The position numbers were made by a program, and so were the translations under genes. A model generated the notes under the pieces. The model was given only the letters and a program-made list of their open reading frames with translations. It had not been told where the DNA came from and ran no database searches. A stretch of 64,000 bases of DNA from an uncultured Planctomycetia bacterium (lineage in GTDB: Bacteria; Omnitrophota; Gorgyraeia; Duberdicusellales; 4484-171), in assembly GCA_964629655.1 (NCBI GenBank), contig CAZVQU010000001.1, positions 292,056-356,055 on the forward strand. Reading direction: 5' to 3'. Position 1 is the stretch's first letter; each line of letters opens with the position of its first letter. Shown one piece after another: positions 10,150-20,367 of this stretch.

Positions 10150-12442
10150 TCTTCACCTCCCGACCCCATATACAAGCTAAATTCTGTAAAAATATATCAG
10201 AATTATATCTTTCCTCTATTAACCTTTTATTAGCTTCGCCAATTTTTTCACACAAAAGAGTATTATTTAATAGAGACAATATTGCTTTTGATAGATTTTT
10301 TGTATCATTGGGCCTGACAAAAAGACAATTTTTATCCTGCTCCAGCATTTCAGCTAATGCCCCGACAGGAGTAGTTATCACCGGCAACCCAAAAGACATA
10401 GCTTCTAAAACTACCAATCCACAACCTTCCGAATAACTGGGAAATACAAATATATCAGCCTCTAAAAATCTTATAGACTTTTCTACCCCGGATACTTCGG
10501 GATATATTTTAACATAATCCTTAAGATTATTTTCCATGATGAAACTATTGATTTTTGAAAATCCAAAGTGAGGCTCTGGAATAAATATTACATTGCGTTC
10601 AATGTTTACAGGTTGCCCGCACAAAACGAATTCAACAGGATTTTTATATTTCTCCATAACATCAGGAATGGCTTTAACTAAATCCAGAGCTCCTTTAGCC
10701 TTAGAAATATAACCCATAAAAAGAATTCTTGACACTTTCTTTTTAGAAAAATTATTTTCATAGCCTTGTGGCATGTCGGGCAGTTTAGGTACGCAGTTGT
10801 ATACAAATGTAATTTTTTCCTCCCTAATAAATGTTGAAAACTGCTTTCTGAATTTATCAGCAAGTACAATTAATTTGTCGATACAACCTAATGTTAATTT
10901 GATGTATTTTTTAAAAACATTTTTTTGCATCTCGTAGAATAAATCAAAATTTCCCCCGTGAAAATGAACATAAATTTTTCTTTGAAAAAATTTACCGCTT
11001 ATAATAAATATGGAGTCACGAAGAAAACCAAATCTATTCTGAGCAAGCGGCATATATATAATATTAGGCCTGGATTGAACGATGAGCTGAATATATTTTA
11101 AAAAATTACCAAAATTATAACTTAGATTTGCAAAACTCAGCCTGCCTCTATTGGTAACGCTTGTGCTTTTTGATAATGGTAAAAAATCTATCTGAAAATC
11201 ACTCTTTAAATATTCAGATTGAATAATAGTCTCAGTAATCTTTGCTGTTCCTTCCTGAGGAGGAGGAAGATAACCAACTACCAAAATCCTAGATTTGTGT
11301 TCTAATAGCTTCTTAGTTCCTTCAGCAACAATCCTCTCGCCGATATCAGAAAAAATTACCTGCAGATTGTTTATAAAAATATCTTTGGTATACTTCTCGA
11401 GATAAGTCTTTCTATTTTTCTCTCCTATCTTTTTACGTAAATCTGAATCAGAAACTAAGATTTTTATCTTTTCAATTAACTGCTCAGGGTCTTTACTTTT
11501 TACTAAAAATCCGTTTTGGCCATCTACTATTGTTTCCGCTATAGCCCCCTTCCTTGTTGAAATAACCGGCAACCCTGCTGACATTGCTTCTAAAATAACT
11601 AGCGGCTGACCCTCGAAAGCATACGAAGTAGGTAGAAGAAAAATATCTGCCTTAGATAAAAGCTTAAACTTTTCTGCTTTACTCACAACTCCGATGAATT
11701 CAACATTTGCTTCAATGGCATTTTCTTTTATAATTCTTCTTACTTCTTTTTCATCTTGAATATTGCACCATTCTCCGGCAAATGTAAATTTGACATTTTT
11801 ATGAGTAGAAATAATCTGAGGAATTACTGCAAGGGTGTCAAATACACCTTTATCCTTAATAAAATTGCTGAGAAACAATATATTACAAACACCACCACTA
11901 TTCTTATGGCCATGGCTGTCAAGATAGTCATCGACTCCGTTCGGAACTACAAATATTCTTTCTTTCGGCACTAAACCTTTAAAAATATACTTTAAGCTTT
12001 CTCCTAATACAATAGCAGCAGAAATTCTTTCCAAGCTGAATTTAACTAATTTTTTCATTAAAAAATTTAACTTCTCATAGAAATCTTTAAAATAACCACC
12101 GTGCAAATGGACTACAATCCTTATACGCAAAAGCCGACAGGGAATTAAAAATAGAGAGTCACGTAGATAACCGAAGAAATTTTGAGAAATTGGTAAATAC
12201 ACCAGATCAGGTTTTACTTTTAAACAAATCCAAAGGGCCTTAAAAAAATGCTTAAATGCCAAAATTGTATTTACAGCGTCAAGTTTGCCCATGTTTCTTA
12301 TTTCTCTTTTATCAGTAGTATCCAAATGGATAGCTTCAAATTCATTTATTAAATGAGAGTCCAGCAGCATTTCAGTAACTACACTCATCCCCGTATAGGG
12401 TGGTGGTATCGGGCCAATAACAACTACTTTAAGCTTCTTCAT
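10136..12442 (-). CDS. Tandem-fused double GT4 (GT-B) glycosyltransferase
   Basis: Two complete GT4-like halves, each ending in an E-x7-E-type motif (EGQPLVILEAMSAGLPVIST and EGCGLVVLEAMSFGLPVITT); 768 aa. Confidence 0.75.
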   Translation of the reverse strand: MKKLKVVVIGPIPPPYTGMSVVTEMLLDSHLINEFEAIHLDTTDKREIRNMGKLDAVNTILAFKHFFKALWICLKVKPDLVYLPISQNFFGYLRDSLFLIPCRLLRIRIVVHLHGGYFKDFYEKLNFLMKKLVKFSLERISAAIVLGESLKYIFKGLVPKERIFVVPNGVDDYLDSHGHKNSGGVCNILFLSNFIKDKGVFDTLAVIPQIISTHKNVKFTFAGEWCNIQDEKEVRRIIKENAIEANVEFIGVVSKAEKFKLLSKADIFLLPTSYAFEGQPLVILEAMSAGLPVISTRKGAIAETIVDGQNGFLVKSKDPEQLIEKIKILVSDSDLRKKIGEKNRKTYLEKYTKDIFINNLQVIFSDIGERIVAEGTKKLLEHKSRILVVGYLPPPQEGTAKITETIIQSEYLKSDFQIDFLPLSKSTSVTNRGRLSFANLSYNFGNFLKYIQLIVQSRPNIIYMPLAQNRFGFLRDSIFIISGKFFQRKIYVHFHGGNFDLFYEMQKNVFKKYIKLTLGCIDKLIVLADKFRKQFSTFIREEKITFVYNCVPKLPDMPQGYENNFSKKKVSRILFMGYISKAKGALDLVKAIPDVMEKYKNPVEFVLCGQPVNIERNVIFIPEPHFGFSKINSFIMENNLKDYVKIYPEVSGVEKSIRFLEADIFVFPSYSEGCGLVVLEAMSFGLPVITTPVGALAEMLEQDKNCLFVRPNDTKNLSKAILSLLNNTLLCEKIGEANKRLIEERYNSDIFLQNLACIWGREVKSEAV

Positions 12443-12494
12443 CTTTCTTGTTTAATTTTTGTCTCTCTTGATTCACTTTTCCCTGACTTTGCCT

Positions 12495-13652
12495 TTACTC
12501 GCTATATATCCGCAAACTCTGATTGGCAATATTCTGCCAGGCCAATTTCTCGTTTACTAATTGAAGTGACCGCTCTCCATGTTTCTGAATTAAATCCGGG
12601 CTTTTTATATACTTCTCCATACTATGAGCCAACCCATCTACATCTCCACGCCTAAATTTTAATCCATTATTATATTCAAGAAGATACGAAACAGCTAAAT
12701 CATCACTTATAATCAAAGGTCTTGCCGCACCCAAAATATCTTTTACTCCTCCGAGCTTACCAGGCATTATCCCAATATCAGCCATAGAATACCACTTATA
12801 AAAATCAGACATTGGTTGCCACCCGGGAAGAATAACTCTACCACTATCTTTCAACTGACCAAAACTTTCATCTTGCGCAAATCTGCCTTCACCAATCATT
12901 AATAAAAATATATGTTTGTATTTTTTAGTTAAAATTTTAAAAGCGTTTATTAAATCTGCTAATGATTTACTCTTCTCAAACACTCCGGAAAATACAAAAA
13001 CTATATCCTCTTTGCCAATAGCATATTTTTTCCTTATCTTTTCCCGCTCTTGGCGAGAAAAAAATATTTTCTCATTATCTACACCTAAAGGAAGAAGTTG
13101 CATCTTCTCCTGCGGTATTCCGAAATACGAATTAAGGCAATATCGCGAATAAGGATTTACCGGAAGAAATACAAAATTTCTCCTTAACATCATTGGAATT
13201 ATTAGTTTTTTTATGAAGCCAAAAAAGTATATAAATTTATGAAACTTTTTCAAATCAAAATTACCATTATCTATGTGGCTATCAACAAATATCTTAACCC
13301 TATCTTTATTGGCAAAATTAGTTGCCAATAACTGCCATGTTGGCAGAACCCTGATATTATGCAAATGTATCACCTCTGGTTTAAAATCCTCAATTTCTTT
13401 TTTAAGGCCTAAATACCAATTCTGTTCTGTAGGAAATTGGATATACAGACTCTTCAGCCTCTTTATCTTTAACGACCGGTCATAGTAAGTGATATCCTTA
13501 TTACTACCCTTAATCGGTTTGCGTTTCTTTAAATAATGCTTACTGCATAATATGCGTACTTCATTGCCAAACCCCGCCTGATAAAAGGGAAGGTAATTCT
13601 CCTGATATCCCATGCCTTCCATAAACCAATTCATTATGTGTAAAATCTTCAT
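12495..13652 (-). CDS. GT4-family glycosyltransferase
   Basis: MKILHIMNWFMEGMGYQEN...; the 385 aa GT-B layout has a C-terminal nucleotide-sugar-binding region. Confidence 0.65.
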   Translation of the reverse strand: MKILHIMNWFMEGMGYQENYLPFYQAGFGNEVRILCSKHYLKKRKPIKGSNKDITYYDRSLKIKRLKSLYIQFPTEQNWYLGLKKEIEDFKPEVIHLHNIRVLPTWQLLATNFANKDRVKIFVDSHIDNGNFDLKKFHKFIYFFGFIKKLIIPMMLRRNFVFLPVNPYSRYCLNSYFGIPQEKMQLLPLGVDNEKIFFSRQEREKIRKKYAIGKEDIVFVFSGVFEKSKSLADLINAFKILTKKYKHIFLLMIGEGRFAQDESFGQLKDSGRVILPGWQPMSDFYKWYSMADIGIMPGKLGGVKDILGAARPLIISDDLAVSYLLEYNNGLKFRRGDVDGLAHSMEKYIKSPDLIQKHGERSLQLVNEKLAWQNIANQSLRIYSE

Positions 13653-13693
13653 GATTAATAAATTACAAAATTGCTATCAGTGGCTTTGTCGGC

Positions 13694-14419
13694 CTATCTC
13701 TTGATCAGTTCAATCGCCTTCTCGGCAAAACGCTTGCCAAGTATCCTGGATCCATCAACAGAGCAGTGAAGGCTATTTTTAATTTCCTTACCTTCCTTAT
13801 TTACGCCATCATTCAATTCATCGGTGTCTACCCAGACGCCGCGTGGGCTAGCTTCTGCAAATTCCACCTGAACTTTGCGCACCATCATCCAGTGAGGGTA
13901 TCTCTCATTATTCATTCCGAAATCGCTAATGCGGCCGATGACAAAGTTAATGTCATTGCGCCCCAAATCCTTACCGAGCTGATTAAGAAGCCCTTTCAAG
14001 CTGGTAGCATAGTCCACCATCTGACCATATCTTTTCATTGCGTCCGCCTCACCTTGCATCCAGATAAAGGTAACCGCCTTAACCTTCTTGCCCTTGATTG
14101 CAGCATTAACCTTAGTCATCAGACGACCATACAGCATACCGGATGCCCCCGGTTTATCGCCTTTCGCTGGTTTGTACCAACCTCCAATTGTGCGGCCGCC
14201 GTGAGCGTCCTTGACAACAATCACGTTGTCTTTGCCGAATTCTGCTTCCACAGCAGGCGTGAACGACGTATTGGGATTAAGACTCTCCATATTCGACTGC
14301 CCGGAGAGGATAAAAAGGTATTTTTCCTGCTCACCCCCGTTGGCGTACGAGATTAAAGCGATTGTGGCCAACACAATCATAAATAAATATTTCATCTCAT
14401 TCCTCTCTTTCCACGTCAT
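13694..14419 (-). CDS. Secreted SASA/SGNH-type carbohydrate esterase (sialate O-acetylesterase-like)
   Basis: Signal-peptide-like N-terminus (MKYLFMIVLATIALISYANG), then FILSGQSNMES, the GQSNM nucleophile block of the SASA/DUF303 esterase family. Confidence 0.5.
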   Translation of the reverse strand: MTWKERNEMKYLFMIVLATIALISYANGGEQEKYLFILSGQSNMESLNPNTSFTPAVEAEFGKDNVIVVKDAHGGRTIGGWYKPAKGDKPGASGMLYGRLMTKVNAAIKGKKVKAVTFIWMQGEADAMKRYGQMVDYATSLKGLLNQLGKDLGRNDINFVIGRISDFGMNNERYPHWMMVRKVQVEFAEASPRGVWVDTDELNDGVNKEGKEIKNSLHCSVDGSRILGKRFAEKAIELIKR

Positions 14420-14452
14420 TGAAAATTATTCTTTTAACAATTTGACAGCATA

Positions 14453-15409
14453 TCATATTGATTTATATTCTTCACAAAGACGGCAAGTAGAACACAAGTT
14501 TCTCCTTTCGTCCTTTGTTGTCCGCCCCTCCCATATTTGTGAAAGGCTATTCTTTTCCAAATTTCCCACAAATAAATCTTCATTATGATAAGGATTGAAT
14601 CGACAACTGCAAATTCTTGCATATCCATCCCAACTCACCAAACACTCAAACATTCGGAAACAAGGACGGCATCTATACCGCACAGAAGGAGCAAGGCTCA
14701 TGCCGTTTAGAAGATTCTTTTGTGTAATTACCCCACCCCAAACGTAGTATCTTGTTAAAAACTCAACCTTTTTCCTGTCAATAAAGGGCTCAACGTATTC
14801 CTTGTAATCCGGCAAACACAAAACCTCTTTTGTGGGTATATCGCTACGGAAAGCAAGGGTTATATCCGCAATATTGCCAAGATCTTTATTCGCAACAAGA
14901 AGGTTTTTTAATCCTACTAGTAGCTTATCATAGTCTTTACTTCGATATATCCGTTCAAACTTTTCTCTTTTCAAGGGAGCGGTTGAAATAATTATTTTAA
15001 GCCCACTATTGAGGATGATCTGAGGAGAGAATTTGTGCAAAAAAATTCCGTTTGTTCGTAAACAACCACTGGGAAAGTTAAAGGACTTTATTGTTTCAAT
15101 CCTTTTAGAAAATTTAGGATCAACTAAGGGGTCACCCACTAAAGACCCCAGTTGAATAAACTTTCCATCCATTTGTTTATATTCGGTTAGAGCTTTATTA
15201 AATATCTCATCAGACATAAAACCTGTTCCGCGTGTTTGATATTGATATGCGCAAAAAATACAGTTGGCATTACAAATATTGGTTGTTTCAAGATGCAATT
15301 TACCTGGTGGCCTTTTTTCAAGATACTGCCAAGGGGTAAATTTGGTTAGAGTGATAAAGTCTTTGATAACACGTTTCAAATTCAAAAATTTGTGGTTAAG
15401 TAATTTCAT
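14453..15409 (-). CDS. Radical SAM enzyme with SPASM-type C-terminal Cys cluster
   Basis: CNANCIFC (CxxxCxxC); C-terminal CRPCFRMFEC...CSCRF...CSTCRLC cysteine-rich region. Confidence 0.7.
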   Translation of the reverse strand: MKLLNHKFLNLKRVIKDFITLTKFTPWQYLEKRPPGKLHLETTNICNANCIFCAYQYQTRGTGFMSDEIFNKALTEYKQMDGKFIQLGSLVGDPLVDPKFSKRIETIKSFNFPSGCLRTNGIFLHKFSPQIILNSGLKIIISTAPLKREKFERIYRSKDYDKLLVGLKNLLVANKDLGNIADITLAFRSDIPTKEVLCLPDYKEYVEPFIDRKKVEFLTRYYVWGGVITQKNLLNGMSLAPSVRYRCRPCFRMFECLVSWDGYARICSCRFNPYHNEDLFVGNLEKNSLSQIWEGRTTKDERRNLCSTCRLCEEYKSI

Positions 15410-15452
15410 CTATTCTACCTACATTATTGTTTTATCTAACCGCATCGCTACG

Positions 15453-17090
15453 TTATTGAATAACTTCTTGTTGCGGTATTTCTAATAACCACCAATCAGG
15501 CGTTTCTCCATAATAAAGTTTTATACCCCTTAATTCTTTTTCGTGATTGCCCCAAGAAAATTTACTCAAAACTTTAAAACCATTTTCTTGCCAGATAGCA
15601 TCTAATTTTGTTCCAGTATCTTGGTAAACAACAATATAGCCAGCTTTCCATTCCTTAATATTCTTAAGTACGGAATGTATATCACGCCCCCAGAAATTAC
15701 GAGCATCTTGATAGTTTGATTCAGCAACAGCCCACCAGTCAGGAATAAAATGAATTCTCTTCTTTGCAGTTATATAAAGCAGTAACTGAAGCAAAGCGCG
15801 GTATCCGTCAAAAATCCTTTCAAGTGCCCCACCGGGATTATTGAAAGCCATAAGAATTCTTTCATTCGGCTTTACAGATACTAGGAAATCCTCCATAGCC
15901 TCTCTAAGCTTCTTAATAGAAAAAGGGTGAGCCTCAGGGACAACATCCAAAACCTTCTTCGTGTATGGAAAAGGAATAAGCAATGGCAGGGGTGAAACAA
16001 CAAGCCAGAAAGAAACAAGAACCAACGAATCTGGAGTTTTAAGCGTGTACATTGTAGCTAAACTAAACATCAGCATATGCATAGACTGCACATCGGCGAA
16101 CCGCGCAAAAGTTGAATTTATTACAAATATAGTTATACCGGCCAAAAATAAGACTGGAATCTGTCTGGTTATCAAATAAAGAATAATAAAAAACTGCGAA
16201 TATAATGCTAAAAAATATACTCTTGCCATAATGGTCTTTAAAGGATAGGTACGCGTATAGCGAGCAGTCTTTCTATGGATCCCTACAGTTTTCATTAAAT
16301 TTAAAGTAGAAAGTTTTATATTCTTGGAAACTAAACAAGGATAGAGATGTATTAGCAACTTCAAACCAGCCGGTAACAAAGCAAGAATAGGAAATAAGCT
16401 ATTACTATTAATTGCACTAACAAGAGAGATAATGCCAGCTATAAATACAACCGTAAAACTGCTAAGACTTGCTAAAAGCCAGGCTACAGCAACAATAATC
16501 CAACTCTCAGTAAATAAGCCATAAAGACCTAAAGGGAAAAAAAGCCAACCCAGAACATTGTAGTTTTGCAAAGCAAAAGTATTTGCATAGAAAGTCGTAC
16601 TAATTGCCGCAAGTGAGATGACAACTATGACCCAATAAAGGTCAGCTTGCTGTAGCCAGGCTAAATGCACGATAAGCCAGCCAAACATGCCAAATAAAAG
16701 AACACCCGCGCTAGCTTTCCAATAAGGACGCAAAGAAAACGACCAATAATAAAACCACCTTGATAAAGGATAATTACCAACCCCAATATAAGAACAAGTT
16801 TCTCTAGATCCATGTCTGGATAAAATTAAAGCAAAAATCCAGTAAGGCAAGTAGCCTAGTCCGGCATAGGGCATAAAATGATGGTAATCCTTATTGCCTT
16901 GTCTTATTAATATCCTGCAACTCCACAAGGCTTTCCCTAGACGTATTGGCGTTGCTACTAAAGCTGTCAAAGGATATAAAATTACCCTTAAGAAGCCAAA
17001 ATATCCAAATCGACTTATGAAATCAGCTAGTGATTTATTCATTTGCATTCTGGCATAAAAAATATCGCGAATTAGCGTATGTGATGACAC
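15453..17090 (-). CDS. Polytopic inner-membrane protein (about 10-12 TM) with a C-terminal soluble domain; possible Wzy-type polymerase or GT-C
   Basis: The first 370 aa are hydrophobic and the last 170 aa hydrophilic. No recognisable catalytic motif; the assignment rests on context only. Confidence 0.3.
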   Translation of the reverse strand: MSSHTLIRDIFYARMQMNKSLADFISRFGYFGFLRVILYPLTALVATPIRLGKALWSCRILIRQGNKDYHHFMPYAGLGYLPYWIFALILSRHGSRETCSYIGVGNYPLSRWFYYWSFSLRPYWKASAGVLLFGMFGWLIVHLAWLQQADLYWVIVVISLAAISTTFYANTFALQNYNVLGWLFFPLGLYGLFTESWIIVAVAWLLASLSSFTVVFIAGIISLVSAINSNSLFPILALLPAGLKLLIHLYPCLVSKNIKLSTLNLMKTVGIHRKTARYTRTYPLKTIMARVYFLALYSQFFIILYLITRQIPVLFLAGITIFVINSTFARFADVQSMHMLMFSLATMYTLKTPDSLVLVSFWLVVSPLPLLIPFPYTKKVLDVVPEAHPFSIKKLREAMEDFLVSVKPNERILMAFNNPGGALERIFDGYRALLQLLLYITAKKRIHFIPDWWAVAESNYQDARNFWGRDIHSVLKNIKEWKAGYIVVYQDTGTKLDAIWQENGFKVLSKFSWGNHEKELRGIKLYYGETPDWWLLEIPQQEVIQ

Positions 17091-17166
17091 CTGGCAAAAT
17101 ATGTTTTTTAGTCATTGTGGCATCTCGAAAACCAATCAAACCTCTTAGTAAACTTATTAAATACAC

Positions 17167-18846
17167 TCATTTTTGGACCCGACTATCAGATGATTTAGGA
17201 CAGAATGAAACCTTGAGGTTGCGTATTTTTATGGATTGCCCGGCACTCTTTATCCCTAGGGAATAAATATCATGTATGACAGAACGCCCATCCGCTAGCG
17301 AAACAAACGGACACCCATTTAATTTTATTACCCATTTCCCTTTTTCCTTTTCTACACATAAGACATGCCAAGCATTTTCTTTATAACTTCCTAAACGACG
17401 CCACCTCAGCCAACGGCACCACGTCAAATTGTAGCGTCCAATTATCTTCTGTAAAAGCATCGACAGACTGCGTTTAGTCTTAACCCATCCTACCCGCAAA
17501 TATATCTTGCTGTGTTCAAACCCTAATCGAATTCCCTCAACTGTATTTAAAGTGCTTATATCGTCACCCAAAACTATAAAAGCCGAACCCTTATCAGCCG
17601 ACTCAACAAAAATATCAAAAGAGATCCCTTGCAGAGAACCTTGATTAAAAAAAGAAAAATATATTTGAGGTGGGAATAAACTATCTGCGCTTTGACGGAG
17701 ACAGACAATTTCAGATTCTCCCTCACCTGCCGGCAACAAATTCACATCGCGCGGCTGGTCAGATACGATACGAAAAGAATACTTACTCCGGGCATCTCTA
17801 ATCCACCCTTGAGCTAACCCAACCACACCACCTTTATGACTAGGGCCCCTTCGAGGAATACCCATAAGAAAAACCCGCATGGGATTACGTCCTTGTTCTA
17901 TATCTTCTTTTGCTACTACAACTCCCTCTATGCGACCAGAGAAAGGTCCATCTAAGGGACTTCCACTTGGCAAGATAAAAGGATTTCCAGGGTGTTCCCG
18001 CCAATCTTTGAAATCTTTTGTAAACGCAAAGCCAATTGCATAAAATCCAGAATTATAATGGGCATTAAAAGCAAGCATGTATATTCCTTCCTCCTCTAAA
18101 ACAGTAATTCGCGGATTAGCAACCCTTTGTACAATCCAAGATTTAACCTGGTTAGCAGAAAAAATAGGACATCCTTTGTTTAACGGCTTAAAGTGCTCTC
18201 CATCTTTTGAAATAGCCCCAAATATCTGAATATAGCCAAAACTGGCTGATATGCCTTCAAATGTCAATAGATAACGACCGTCGAACATTTGTACTACATT
18301 TGTAACGGCCATTAATGTTCGCCCTTTTTTAGGAAAGTCTGCAAAATCAGCCTTTGTTAAAAGCGGTTTCGAGCCAACTCGCTCAAAATTGATGCCGTCC
18401 CTACTCAAGGCTAAACCAATCCCTTCATCTTTATAAATACCCCTTGCTCCTCGATAATAAAGTCGGTAAATACCCTCGTCATCCCGCACTACCCAGGGTG
18501 TAGTGGCTATAGGACTATCCCATGCATCTTTAGGGGGAATAAGTACAGGTCTTTCGGGTGAACGATGCCAAGTTCGGCCTTCATCATGGGATACGGCTCT
18601 GCCTATTCCTTGGCAAAGACCGCTTTTATGGCTGCCGGTATAATAAAGGACTAAGGCGCCTTTTTCTCGAAAGAGATAACCGCGACTGTCCACAAGCAAG
18701 GCCGGATCCCGAACACCAAATTCGTCCCATGCGCCTTTACTAGCACGCTTTAATACAACTTTAGGTCTATCAATCCACAACCCTTCCAAATTCTTTGGGC
18801 ATTCTAAATTTGATTTAATCAAAAATGGGGCCGACTGCCAATCCAT
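17167..18846 (-). CDS. Asp-box/BNR beta-propeller protein with C-terminal LamG/concanavalin-like domain (sialidase- or glycoside-hydrolase-like fold); cytoplasmic, with no signal peptide
   Basis: Perfect Asp-box SHDEGRTW, plus degenerate SRDGINF and SKDGEHF. C-terminal WHVLCVEKEKGKWVIKLNG is a LamG-like pattern. Confidence 0.4.
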   Translation of the reverse strand: MDWQSAPFLIKSNLECPKNLEGLWIDRPKVVLKRASKGAWDEFGVRDPALLVDSRGYLFREKGALVLYYTGSHKSGLCQGIGRAVSHDEGRTWHRSPERPVLIPPKDAWDSPIATTPWVVRDDEGIYRLYYRGARGIYKDEGIGLALSRDGINFERVGSKPLLTKADFADFPKKGRTLMAVTNVVQMFDGRYLLTFEGISASFGYIQIFGAISKDGEHFKPLNKGCPIFSANQVKSWIVQRVANPRITVLEEEGIYMLAFNAHYNSGFYAIGFAFTKDFKDWREHPGNPFILPSGSPLDGPFSGRIEGVVVAKEDIEQGRNPMRVFLMGIPRRGPSHKGGVVGLAQGWIRDARSKYSFRIVSDQPRDVNLLPAGEGESEIVCLRQSADSLFPPQIYFSFFNQGSLQGISFDIFVESADKGSAFIVLGDDISTLNTVEGIRLGFEHSKIYLRVGWVKTKRSLSMLLQKIIGRYNLTWCRWLRWRRLGSYKENAWHVLCVEKEKGKWVIKLNGCPFVSLADGRSVIHDIYSLGIKSAGQSIKIRNLKVSFCPKSSDSRVQK

Positions 18847-18916
18847 AATGCTCCTTATTATTCACCATCGTTTTCCATGCTAGGCTGCTTTCTCCCTGCG
18901 CGATTAATTAGTATTC

Positions 18917-20356
18917 TTAAATTGTTGACTCGCTTTTCAACAATTTAAAAATATTATAATTGTATTTCTTAAGATAAACTATCGGGATCGAGACAAAAAT
19001 CAAAAATAGAAATAACAAAACAGACAATAAAATACTAAGTATACGATAATCCATAATTAATAAAAGCGTAACCGCACAGCACCCTAATAAAAACTGAAAA
19101 ATAAAAATACTTAGCGGCAAACCAAAACTGTGCCTTTTCTCACTTACGATTACGGCCATTATATTCCTTGATAACATAGCAAGCATTGTTGCGATACTAG
19201 CTCCCACAATCCCCCATATCGGTATAAAAATAAAATTTAATAAAATATTTAAAATTGCACATATCAACACAATAAGCGACAATGCCCCTCTATTTTCCGA
19301 CATAATAGTGCCCAGTTGTGTAATCTGCAAAAACCCATAAAAAATAAAAGATATACTCAGTATTCCGATCACTTTATAACTACCATAATAAGCCACTGGA
19401 ACAATAACCTTAATCAAAGGTGCGCATAATGATACTAATATTGCTAAGGATAGGCCCAGGCCCAGAAATATTCTGGAAACAAAAATGAAAAGCTTCTTAT
19501 TATCAATATTTTTCATTGCAATCGGCCACCAAGCTGTACGAAATACTGTCGAATAAAAAAATAAAATAAAAGCACATCTATAGCCTAAGGAATAAATTCC
19601 TACGTATTCCAACCCCATAAAATATTTTATGCACCATCTATCGGTAATGTTAATTATAACTACGCCCAATGTCGAAGGAACTAATGGCAACCCGAATTTT
19701 AAAAGTTTTGGCCACCATTTAGTATGCAATTGAGACCAATTTAAATATCTCTTTATGCTTCGCCAGGCCAAAAAAAGAGCTACGACCGCAGAAACGCAAT
19801 AGCCGGTATAATATCCTAAAACTCCCATCTTGAAAAAAATGATTAATACTATGGCAACTGTTGCCAACAATACATTCCTGCTGGCCCTTATAGCTATATA
19901 CTTAATCGTTTGATGAGTATATCTTAATATTTCTATAAATTGGGATTGAAAGATGAAACAAAAAAATCCGATAAAAGCAATTAAAAAAAACCCTTTACTT
20001 AATTTACCGTCAAAAAAATAGATATTTAGTTTTGATGACAAAAATATTGCAAAACACATTACAATCACACTAATTATCAGCCGTAATTGTAGTATTGAAG
20101 TCACTAATTTTTTTTGCTCAAGCTTATCATTTTTTATTGAAAAAAAGAAATACGACTGTGATGATAGCAAACCGAAATTGCATAAAATTCCTATAAGCAT
20201 TATTATCGTGCCCATCATCTCTATTGTTCCATATTCATATGTTGTTAAATACCTTGTATAGACTGGTATTAATACAAAACTAATTAACATTGCAAATGCA
20301 TCGCCAACGCCGTAAACAAAAGAATCCTTTGCTAATTGCCTAATATTTTCTCTCAT
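18917..20356 (-). CDS. Wzx-type oligosaccharide flippase (MOP superfamily polysaccharide biosynthesis protein)
   Basis: About 12-14 TM helices, N-terminal ...AKDSFVYGVGDAFAMLISFVLIPVYTRYL... typical of Polysacc_synt/Wzx. Confidence 0.7.
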   Translation of the reverse strand: MRENIRQLAKDSFVYGVGDAFAMLISFVLIPVYTRYLTTYEYGTIEMMGTIIMLIGILCNFGLLSSQSYFFFSIKNDKLEQKKLVTSILQLRLIISVIVMCFAIFLSSKLNIYFFDGKLSKGFFLIAFIGFFCFIFQSQFIEILRYTHQTIKYIAIRASRNVLLATVAIVLIIFFKMGVLGYYTGYCVSAVVALFLAWRSIKRYLNWSQLHTKWWPKLLKFGLPLVPSTLGVVIINITDRWCIKYFMGLEYVGIYSLGYRCAFILFFYSTVFRTAWWPIAMKNIDNKKLFIFVSRIFLGLGLSLAILVSLCAPLIKVIVPVAYYGSYKVIGILSISFIFYGFLQITQLGTIMSENRGALSLIVLICAILNILLNFIFIPIWGIVGASIATMLAMLSRNIMAVIVSEKRHSFGLPLSIFIFQFLLGCCAVTLLLIMDYRILSILLSVLLFLFLIFVSIPIVYLKKYNYNIFKLLKSESTI

Positions 20357-20367
20357 CCTATAAAGTC

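Noticed and set aside
13766-14356. Plus-strand ORFs of 60-236 aa in the track (e.g. 13766..14356, 54863..55573, 31276..31758, 3463..3870, 2545..2829, 38209..38610)
   Set aside because: Each lies antisense inside a minus-strand CDS that has strong family motifs. Their translations are low-complexity with no recognisable domain. They are treated as shadow ORFs of AT-rich coding sequence.
9061-15409. Possibility that the SPASM-type radical SAMs are RiPP maturases with adjacent precursor peptides
   Set aside because: No small minus-strand ORF (20-80 aa) lies adjacent to 9061..10149, 14453..15409 or 40455..41375. The neighbours are glycosyltransferases and sugar enzymes. A glycan or protein (e.g. 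sulfatase-type) substrate is more likely, though a peptide substrate encoded elsewhere cannot be excluded.
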